A stretch of 45,332 nucleotides of DNA from Chlorokybus atmophyticus (lineage: Eukaryota > Plantae > Mesostigma and Chlorokybus algae): the NCBI GenBank assembly GCA_009103225.1, contig RHPI01003009.1, positions 37,463-82,794 on the forward strand, written 5' to 3'. Below the pieces are notes generated by a model, which saw nothing but the letters and a program-made list of their open reading frames with translations, did not search any database and had not been told where the DNA came from. A program made the position numbers and the translations under genes. This document shows, one piece after another, positions 35,785 through 45,332 of this stretch (the stretch's first letter is position 1; every line of letters starts with the position of its first letter).

Positions 35785-38700
35785 TTAAGCATTGAACGTT
35801 GCCAAGAATTTGCGCGCAGACTCCAATTCCTGTTTTCGTCGCTTGTTGTCCCAACCCAACTCCTGGCACACATCAAGAGTGTGATCGAGTTGTGAAACAA
35901 TACCTTGCCTCAATAACTTGCTGGAAATGCTGCACGACACCAACAAGCATTGAAGCTGAAGCAGATCTGCAACGCACCTCAGACATGATGTCAATGACAC
36001 GCGGGAGAGCCTGCGCTGCTGCTGCTGTATCCAAGAAGACTAGACGAGTGCGGCGTGCAAGAAAATCGCATGCTGTTTCACAGTACTCTCGTTGACAAGC
36101 ATACACGACCTGCAAGGGATGAGATTTATTTATATGTTCATTATCTCACACTCAAACCCGTGAGTACCGACTGGCACAAGTACCTCTGACTCTATGTATG
36201 GATAGCCGCGAACGAGTCGCTGCCCCATCCTTTTCTGTTCGGCAATCGCAGTGACGAGTGCAGCGCGGTCACCATAGCTGCGTGCTAGATGTTCGGCAAC
36301 CACAGTGTCAATAGCGCCTGGCCGATGCGGGACCACATAGTTTTGAGCAACTTCAGTGTAGAGAGCAGGGTGGTAGCTTTTGGCTCCAACCAGTCGAAGG
36401 TTCACCTACATGACAAAGCCGTAAACGACAGTATCATAATCCAATGCATGCAAACAGCCGCTGAGTTGAATACAAGCGCTTACTGTTCGACATTCATGAG
36501 GAGGCTTCAGACCAACTTGCTTGACAGCAGTGTCTACTGCGTCTTCTGCCATTCTCCTGTACGTCGTCCATTTACCACCTGCACAATACACGCACTAATG
36601 GCAATAGCAGACATGCCAAGCTGCAAAATAGATACATAGAACATAGAACACACCTGTCACAGTTATCAAGCCGTCTGTGTCGATAGTGACGACATGGTCT
36701 CTTGATATGGACTGCGTGTCAGCAGCTTTGGGGTCGGAAGCCAGTGGCCGCAGACCACTCCAAGCTGAGCGGACGTCTGACCTTCGTACCTGTCCATGGA
36801 GAGTGAGCCATTGAACAACAACAAACAAAATGACCAGCTGCCACGACAACAGAACAGAGCGACAAGAACTTGAAATGCAATGCCTTCACAGTCAAGAAGC
36901 GCCCAATCTCATCCAGTATGAACTGAATCTCCGCTTCAGTAGGCTGAGGCGTCAAAGTCAGCTCAGCTTTGGAGTCCGTTGTTCCTGCAACCGTTGCATT
37001 CTGCCATGGCAACATGAATAGCACGCGCCCATCCTGCAAACACCTGTTTGTAAGTGGAGGTTTAAATACAGCAGAGCGCAAACACCTTGCGACTTTTCCG
37101 GGCTGCGCGTCACCTGTGTCTTGGGCACTATCAAGCCCATCGTCTTAGCGGAGTAATAGTCTGGCAGCGTGACATGCACACCAGCTGACGGTGTTATGAT
37201 CGGCTTAACATCCTCAGCGGACAACTGGCGGATCAAGTCTACAAATGGTCCCGTTGCATTGATGACAGCTTTGGCTTTCACCTCAAACTCGTCACCTGTC
37301 AGCACATCCTGACACTGCAGACATATACATATCAGCAGCATTGATATTAATACCAAAGCACAGGCTGAACTCAATTCTGCCCTTGGAGAGGTGGTGCTCC
37401 ACATCAACCCACATACCTTGGCACCAGTAACACGCCCAGAAGGGTTCTTCAGCAATTCTTTGACCTTCACATGGTTGGCTACAGCTGCGCCAACCATTGC
37501 AGCAGTGCATGCTAGCCCAACATTCAGCCGAGCGTCATCCATCTGTCCATCATAGTAGATGACGGTGCCCTGTGCGTCACAAGGGGGTAGGCTGCATGCA
37601 AGCTTACGTCCTCAGCTCTTGACCAATCAGCTTATCGACCAACACTACCTTCAGGGACTTGTTACTGCTAGCAGGCGCCAAGGTTGGAAAGGAGCGCAGC
37701 GCGTGTTGAGCGGACCAAAACCGAGACCAGTACAAGTTGCTGCCACTACAGCTGGCAACCAGATCATAGGCTTTGAGGCCCATCCAGTAATAAGGGATCT
37801 CCCACCAACTGTAGCAGGGTGTCATGATAGGCAGGGCTTTGGTCAAGTGGGGAGCAGCAGTCAACATGTGCCGCCTGCGCAAAAGAACACATGCAATTTC
37901 AGTGATACCCCCCTTCCCCCCCCCCTTTCCCCCCCAACAACAACAATTACCACCACTAAAAAGCCAAAACCACAGCCTGTACGTCCAGCAATACTGAAGG
38001 TATTCTGCCTGATATACAGCAACCCCATGCATGCACACCTTTCATGCAATGCCTCAAACACCAACTTTAGTTGGCCGTAGTCTAGGTTGAACACCGCCTT
38101 CTCAAGGTACCGCACACCACCGTGGACCTTGACACGCATGCTCATGGATGTCAGCTTGCACCACACTGCAAAACCCAGCATCAAACAATTGCCAACGCAG
38201 CTGATGCCTTTGGCCTGCAAAAGCGATGCTGACCAGCTTTGTGGAGCGCGACGATGTGCCGGATCCAAAATCATCTTGCTCAACAAGAGCTGCCTTTAAG
38301 CCGCGTGTGGCTGCATCCAAGGCTACACCACAACCAGTGGCCCCACCTCCAACCACGAGTACGTCAAAGGCCTCTGAGCGTAATGAAGATATCTGCACCG
38401 CATCATCAATATATGCAACAAAAGTGGATGACAATGACAAGTAGTGCAGTAGGTGCAGTCGCCATCCAACTGTACTGTGGTAGACTTGGTACTAGAAACT
38501 TGTCTGCATCAGGACTCCCTTTCCCCCCCCTCCCTTTCCCCTCTGTGCCCATTGGGCGAAGAACCCATGCTATGACGTGACAAACAGCATCGTACTATGC
38601 ACAGCTGCTCTGGGCAATGGCGCACAATAAATCAACTTGCATTGGTTGTGTGCGCTTGACATGCAGGTTGCACATCACTCTTTCCAGATAGGCACAGCAT

Positions 38701-39019
38701 GCAACCCCAACCCCAAGTAGAGGGGTTTGGAGGGTATGGCAGCCATGCGAGCCAACTCACGCGAAGAGAAGTAATGCATGACCAACGGTAATACGGTTAC
38801 AACTTGAGGTTGCCTTAGCACATGCTGCAAATGTCACCAGCACAATGATTGCAATGCAGCCTCTGTTACCTGCTGCTGGCGGGGCGGAGGAGAATCTAGC
38901 ATAGGTACATCGTCCCGAGGCGCAGGCACTCCACCCCAGATAAGCCAACTCACTCCCCCGGAAGCCAATGCGGCGGCGCCCAGCGCCGCCCGGCGCACGA
39001 CGACAGTGAATGTTGACAT
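35785..39019 (-). CDS. SDP6: Mitochondrial FAD-dependent glycerol-3-phosphate dehydrogenase
   Basis: Motifs FDVLVVGGGATGCGVALDAATRGL, DFGSGTSSRSTKL|VHGGVRYLE, YYDGQMDDAR, VINATGPF, DGRVLFMLPW, AWSGLRPL, GGKWTTYRRMAED and FLARRTRL. Confidence 0.96.
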
Positions 39020-39357
39020 CACAGGGGACGTCAACTCAGCAGCCAGCAGTCATTCGATTAATTGCCTCGCCTACGCTCAGGGTTCACTAGGCCTCTTTCA
39101 TTCATCACTGGCAACCACAACCATGACCACGACCACAACGACAACGCCGCCTCGGTCGACGCCGCCGATTAGGGTTTTGGCGCCAAAGCTGACCGAGGCG
39201 ATAGACCTGCCACGTCAGATCCGCGGCGCCAGCCGCGCTCGTCCAGGATCAGTGAATCTGGTTCAGCGTCACAACGACTCAGTGAACCGGCGAGGGGGCT
39301 TTCGTCGTGCGTTCAGTGTTGCACTGTGCTCAGTGAACTTGCTTGGTTGCTGGCGCC
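39020..39357. promoter_or_regulatory. Short bidirectional promoter region with a telo-box
   Basis: 338 bp separate the divergent start codons; TTAGGGTTTT occurs at 39169-39178. Confidence 0.55.
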
Positions 39358-41631
39358 ATGCGGGCGGCGGCGGTGGGCGCCTTTGGGCGAAGGCTTGGGC
39401 CGGGAAGGGTGGTGGTGCTGGAAGGTCTTGCACAGAAGGCTCTGTTTGCGACAGCTGTTGGTGAGCTTCTATAAGCTGTCCTTTGCGTTTCCAGGGCCAC
39501 ATAGTTACTGCTGTGTCCGGCCTGGGACATGCAAAGCAGGTGCATTGTCATGCTTACACCTTGATTTGCGCAAGAGCTTCTGCGGTTCAGTGCAAGCGTC
39601 ATGTATGTCTATGATAATCAGCCACATTCTTAGGCTTGACACTGGCCTGTGGCTTGTTAGGGGCCTCGACACCCAGCAGTGGCACAGGAGATCGTAACGT
39701 GGATATATTCGACAGACTGCTGAAAGGCAGACAGGTCGGTTGTTCAGAAAACGTGAAGTTGTGTGACTGTTAGAGCATGCAGATATGCGACCTAGCAATA
39801 TGCCCAGGTCGCGTAACATACCTTGTAGCAGCGTGATGTTCCGTCCAAGGCGTGTTGCACAACTTGAATAACAAGTAGTCATGTGTGCTGACAGCCAGCA
39901 AGTGTTATTGCCAGTTGTTGAGCGGGACAATGCACTGTGCAGCGTGACAGGGCGGCTCCGCTGACGAGGTTGGACGACCCACTGCAGTCAGAAGTAACAG
40001 CGAGGGTTCTGGACAGGCTTGAGGTGCAGGCCGCTGTGTACCATGCTGTTACGGTGCAGACGTTAACGCTCGTCTTGCAGGATATTACTCGGAAGTTCCC
40101 GACGGTCCTTAACTTGGGTGGTGCTGGCGCTCATGTTCGGCAACAGCTTCGCAATCGAGGTGGGGCTATTGTTGCAGAATGCCTGGGCGTTGTGCGTATT
40201 GTTTGATTCTCCAGACACCGAGTTGATGCAATGCGCAGCTGGGGTGGAGACTCTGCTGCATGTTGATTTGTCACTGGCTATGCTTGAGCGCAGCGCACAG
40301 CTGACTCCTGCAGATGAGTCGTTACATTGTGTGAACATCGTTGCGGATGAGGAGTTGTTACCAATCAAAGAAAGGTCAGCTTGTCAGGTGTTGTTGAGGC
40401 AACTGCTCAGGACTGCAGGTGATGGTGACCTGTTGAACTAACATCAGTGTGCATGGCACGCAGGAGTGTAGACTGCGTTGTTAGCGTGTTGGGCCTACAT
40501 TGGGTCAATGATTTGCCAGGAGCAATGACACAGGTGGGGCTCTTTCATATCAAACCGTTGTTGTGGCACAATACTTGCCTGCATGCACAGCGTCAAAGGT
40601 GTCTGTAATCATAACTTTGTGGTATGGGGTGATGCAGTGCAGACGAGCGCTGAAACCAGATGGATTGTTTCTGGCAGCTATGCTTGGCGGGGAAACACTA
40701 AGGTTAGTCTGAGCACCCTTGCTGGTATGATGATTGCGTTATCTAATGGTGGCTACTGAACAGGGAGTTGCGCATTGCTTGTGCGGTTGCTGAACAAGAA
40801 CGCGAGGGAGGGGTTAGCGCACGGGTGTCTCCACTTGCTCAGGTACAGGTGATATGCTTAGGTTTGCCCCTAATGTTGTCATGCACTGACTAGACACGGT
40901 CGTCGCTCAAGGTAAGGGATGCAGGCAATTTGTTGGTTCGTGCCGGGCTTGCTCTTCCGGCAGTTGACACAGATACAATCACAGTCTGGTACCCCAACGG
41001 TACGCACAGTGCTGCTCTCTGGTTGGTTCTGCAACTCTGCAACTTCTGGATGCTCGTATGCTACCAGCAGAATGATGCACACAATTAAGCTTAGCTACAT
41101 GTCCAATCGGTGTGTAGTTGTAGTACATCTCCTTGACTCAGTGTCTGCTGGCAGCTATCAGCGTTGTGGAGCACTTGCGTAGAATGGCGGAAGGCAACTG
41201 TGTGCGCACTCGCCGGCAGGTAGTGTGGCATTACACATAAGAGTATGTGGGCGTCATGCACTTTACTAATAAGCTGCACACTTCAGAACCGCCAAATGCA
41301 TATTCCGCACTTGCACTGTGCTAGCTCTCTCAATAAAGCAAATGTGGGTGTGACCAGGTGCTGAGTAGAGACACTGCACTTGCCACTGCCGCTGCGTATC
41401 AAGCGATGTTTGGAGATGAAAACGGCTATGTCCCTGCTACATATGAGGTCTGCAGTTGCTGTTGACAGTTGCATTGTTGCGTGCTGACTAAAAATGCACT
41501 GGCTGCAGGTGATCTACATGGCGGGTTGGAGTCCTCATGACTCGCAACAGAAACCCAAGAGGCGCGGCAGTGCAACGGTGTCAATGGAGGACTTGCAGTC
41601 CATGATTGAAAGAGATAGTTCTTCCAAGTGA
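39358..41631 (+). CDS. NDUFAF5: Complex I assembly factor NDUFAF5 (SAM-dependent methyltransferase fold)
   Basis: Motifs [13 protein letters not shown]|[66 protein letters not shown]|[25 protein letters not shown]. Confidence 0.93.
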
Positions 41632-41767
41632 TAGCACCAACCCTTGTCACATAAGGTCGTGCCACAAATGCAGTATTAGCTGCTCAACTTTGGCTGCCAA
41701 TATGCAGACTGACAGGTTTGGTCAGGAACATTTTCTCCTGGCGGATACAGATGCTCATGCTCATGCT

Positions 41768-42719
41768 CATGCTGGTGAATTTGTCACTCATCCAAAACTA
41801 AGCTAAAAACTGCCACACGTGCATGCAATTTTACAGGCTTGCAACGAGCAAGGCTTGTAGGACTATTTCTCTGTCATTGATACAATTGCGTCATTCCTAT
41901 CCTCCATGCGGAAATCGGCAGGGCTCTACGAAGTCATTTGGTAGCCAAGTGATTGCAGGCTACCAAATGACTCCCCGAGTGTACTCGCATATTGTGTGCA
42001 ACTTCAGCTCAGTCGCCTACATCTCCTACATGTGTTACAAAAACCAGCTGCTGTGCATTCACTGCCTACTTTTCCTCAGTCGCTCATGCTGGTGAATTTG
42101 GCACTCATCCAAAACTAAGCTAAAAACTGCCACATGTGCATGCAATTTTACAGGCTTGCAACGAGCAAGGCTTGTAGGACTATTTCTCTGTCATTGATAC
42201 AATTGCGTCATTCCTGTCCTCCATGCGGAAATCGGCAGGGCTCTACGAAGTCATTTGGTAGCCAAGTGATTGCAGGCTACCAAATGACTCCCCGAGTGTA
42301 CTCGCATATTGTGTGCAACTTCAGCTCAGTCGCCTACATCTCCTACATGTGTTACAAAAACCAGCTGCTGTGCATTCACTGCCTACTTTTCCTCAGTCAT
42401 GCTCATGCTGGTGAATTTGTCACTCATCCAAAACTAAGCTAAAAACTGCCACACGTGCATGCAATTTTACAGGCTTGCAACGAGCAAGGCTTGTAGGACT
42501 ATTTCTCTGTCATTGATACAATTGCGTCATTCCTATCCTCCATGCGGAAATCGGCAGGGCTCTACGAAGTCATTTGGTAGCCAAGTGATTGCAGGCTACC
42601 AAATGACTCCCCGAGTGTACTCGCATATTGTGTGCAACTTCAGCTCAGTCGCCTACATCTCCTACATGTGTTACAAAAACCAGCTGCTGTGCATTCACTG
42701 CCTACTTTTCCTCAGTCGC
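41768..42719. repeat. Three near-identical tandem copies of a unit of about 317-319 bp
   Basis: Units start CATGCTGGTGAATTT at 41768, 42085 and 42404. The middle copy differs at three visible positions. Confidence 0.97.
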
Positions 42720-43524
42720 CTCGCCCTTCGCCTTCATCTTTTCAACCTCCTCTTGAAGCTTGGCCTTGCGCTTGTTGAGCGCCTTGCGTCGTGAGATGAA
42801 GTCCGATCCCTCGTCTTCGTCCTTCTCCTTTTTGGCAAATTTCTCAGCAGCAGCAGCAGCAGGCGCAAAGACTGCCATTGCTGCCAAATTAAGCACAACA
42901 GACCTAGCAACCAACACAGAAGATAATGAGCGCTTTCCACAGTAGAATGCACTGTACAATACTTAAGCACGCTGCATCTGTTTGTGTGTTTAGAACACAT
43001 AAACAAATGTAGCATTCTGCACAATGATCAGTTGCAACAACTGTTATATCACTAACGTCCCACACATACCTGTTACGAGATATACACGTTCGAGTGATCA
43101 ATTCGGGCGCAAAGCCCTGAGCTAGTAAGCACTTAACAAAGACGCTGCACAAGCTCGTGCTCTAAGGGCACAGAGGACAGCTGCGTACTGTTGTGCAAGA
43201 CTGCGACACCCAAAATAATAACATTGCCAAGACTTCATGCGCGTGCTTATGAGTTACCGTGACGTCATGGCGCAGAGCATGCAAGAAGTTATCACTGAAA
43301 CCCAAAATGCAGTCAGCAACACAGCCTACCGGAAGGACCTGACCACGTCCAAGGTGGCACAGACAGTACACACAAAATATCTGGTACCTTCGGTCAATGT
43401 GGGCAACAGCAGCGGGCGCCGCCGGGCGCTCCGGCTGCTGAGAGCAGCAAGTAACTCTCCGCCGGCATGGTGCTGGGGCGGTCCTCACCACGGCCGTGGC
43501 CGTCATTGCTGCCATCGCCGCCAT
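42702..43524 (-). CDS. Small plastid protein with a bipartite transit peptide and twin-arginine (Tat) thylakoid signal
   Basis: Exon 1 (43524-43388, MAAMAAMTATAVVRT..HIDR) joins exon 2 (from 42903) in phase to give IDRRSVVLNLAAMAVFAPAAAAA-EKFAKK...GEATEEK*. Confidence 0.75.
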
Positions 43525-44237
43525 CGTCACGCAGGCAAAATGCCCCAAGAAATGCTGTGGCAGGTTTATGTTCTCTCAGCTATTTCTTGGATAATTTGTC
43601 TGTGACGTCCCGGGCGCTTGCTGGTCGTCCGATGTGGATCTCAACAACCAGTGCAACGGCTGAGATGCGCGTTGGACCACGTCAGCTTGTGGGAAAATGG
43701 CCGTTTCGTATCGGTATGCGCTTTACCGCATGCAGCATGCCCACAGTTGTTGAATTAACTCGCTTGCATGCAAGGTTTAGTACTTCACCGCATGTCCCCC
43801 ACTCACCCACCCACCTACCCACCCACACAAGTTGTGATTGTGAGCTACAGCCTTGATTTCAAGGTCATACATGTTGCAAGTTATATCATGCTCGTCATAA
43901 CGTTAAAGTCAAAATTGATGATATAACATCATGGCGGATAATGTTTACTTGAAATGAGGTGCGTAATGCAAAAACCATTGACAATAACCACCCTCGCAAA
44001 CGCTGCACAAAACATGTGCGCGTCGATAATGTTGACCATGTTGGCCATACATTACTGATAAGCGATGCAAAAAGAGCATGTCCACATGTGCTCGTATTTG
44101 CCATACGGGCTGGTTGAAAGCAGGCATATAAGCAGCCTATTGCAAATTGCATTTGTCAGATGCGACTTTAAGGCTAATTACTTATGCATGATTGCACACT
44201 AAAATGGTGTGCAATTGAGACGACGATTGCATAACGA

Positions 44238-44323
44238 GGGGGGGGGGGGGGGGGGGGNNNNNNNNNNNNNNNNNNNNNNNNNNNNNNNNNNNNNNNNNNN
44301 GGGGGGGGGGGGGGGGGGGGGGC
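44238..44323. other. Poly-G tract interrupted by an assembly gap
   Basis: G runs flank Ns at 44258-44300. Confidence 0.95.
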
Positions 44324-44474
44324 ATCGTCATCACCCAACGTAAGTGTACGTATGAACAGTATTGTTGATACAGTATACAACCATTGCTGTTTTTATGCTT
44401 AAGACTATAGAAAATGATATACATGTATACTTACACAACATATGCACATTTAAAAGGCTTTTCCCCGTTTGTTC

Positions 44475-44478
<4 letters not shown>

Positions 44479-44507
<29 letters not shown>
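44479..44507. repeat. (CA)n microsatellite
   Basis: About 14 CA units. Confidence 0.95.
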
Positions 44508-44509
<2 letters not shown>

Positions 44510-45332
44510 ATTTCACGCGTGCACTTGCTTATATACACATTGCGTCAATACTTCATGTGATAGCGCATATTTATATTAAGTGATTAAGTTAAAGAGCAAA
44601 GCTTTCCCTCCTCTTGAACCCCTCGCCTTTGTAACATAGCTTTTGATGTTGCAATATGTGCATATCAATGTTCATAATGCACTCACATACTTTTAATATT
44701 CAATTGCTTTTTAGCTGCACAAATGTAAAATCATAACAAAGACAACTTTTACATAGATGCAGATTGCAATGCTCACATGGTATGACAGTTATGTTTATAC
44801 ATCTTAGATGTACACGTACTACTACCCTGCAAAAGCTGATGTGGAATCTGATTTGCCAATCTTATATCGCGACATCTTTGCTCCTCCTTCCTTATTGCAA
44901 AAGACATATATAAATATAAATATAAATATGTTATGTTGCATGCAATGTGCACATCCGCAAATATGTACACGCATTGCAATTCACGTGTGCAAACTTAACA
45001 TATTTGTTTATATGCGAATTCGCCCATTGCGTGTGAATCATTTATGTAGCGTACATACACATGTTTTGTATAGTATTGCAGAAATGATAGGGTATGCGTA
45101 TGAACTCTACAAGTGTATTATGGTTATGCGTGCAATAAAGATGATTAACATGACTATAATTGATCATGTGGTGATATATATTATGATTGCTTGTTTATGT
45201 ACGGACATGTGGAGACAGGACACGTATATTTAAACGCAAGTTATTAGAAATCACTTGCCGCCAGTTTACCATAGTTGCGCCTATACACTCACATCATGCA
45301 AATGTAATATGAATACGCCCCCCGCCCCCCCC

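Noticed and set aside
41935-41976. SECIS element in the repeated hairpin
   Set aside because: It is a perfect stem with no ATGA/GA kink-turn core or apical AA motif, and neither gene has an evident in-frame TGA.
41823-42794. Three near-identical + strand ORFs (MQFYRLATSK...)
   Set aside because: They are chance frames within the triplicated 3' UTR unit, with alternative start codons and no coding features.
44238-44323. Functional G-quadruplex or telomere
   Set aside because: It is a homopolymer spanning an assembly gap, its true length is unknown, and there are no telomeric repeat arrays.

Overview
Intron-rich eukaryotic nuclear DNA from a photosynthetic green-lineage organism. The plastid/thylakoid targeting signal and telo-box promoters point to a green or early streptophyte alga (inference). 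Most short ORFs in the track are single exons or noise. Bases 1-9.5 kb are a transposon-rich block. It contains a spliced orphan gene (1137-3542) followed by an array of about 20 palindromic ACCATGCATGGT-type motifs and a perfect 24-bp palindrome, then a decayed Penelope-like reverse transcriptase, then a complete TA-flanked pogo/Tigger-type transposon with an intron-containing dead transposase. Host genes follow: a ChAP (exomer Bch1/Bud7/Chs6 family) protein, RPP30, and several hypothetical proteins. They also include an MGCGAS-acylated adenylate/UMP-CMP kinase with a very long basic-then-acidic tail, a bacterial-type VIT1/CCC1 iron transporter with three introns, mitochondrial FAD glycerol-3-phosphate dehydrogenase head-to-head with NDUFAF5, and a small twin-arginine thylakoid protein whose stop codon and 3' end are triplicated. 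A 5'-truncated CRE-clade RLE retrotransposon with an exact 16-bp target-site duplication lies at 33992-35149. The best candidate for an undescribed system is the gene-plus-palindrome-array module at 1-4430. All family calls come from motif recognition by eye; no searches were run.
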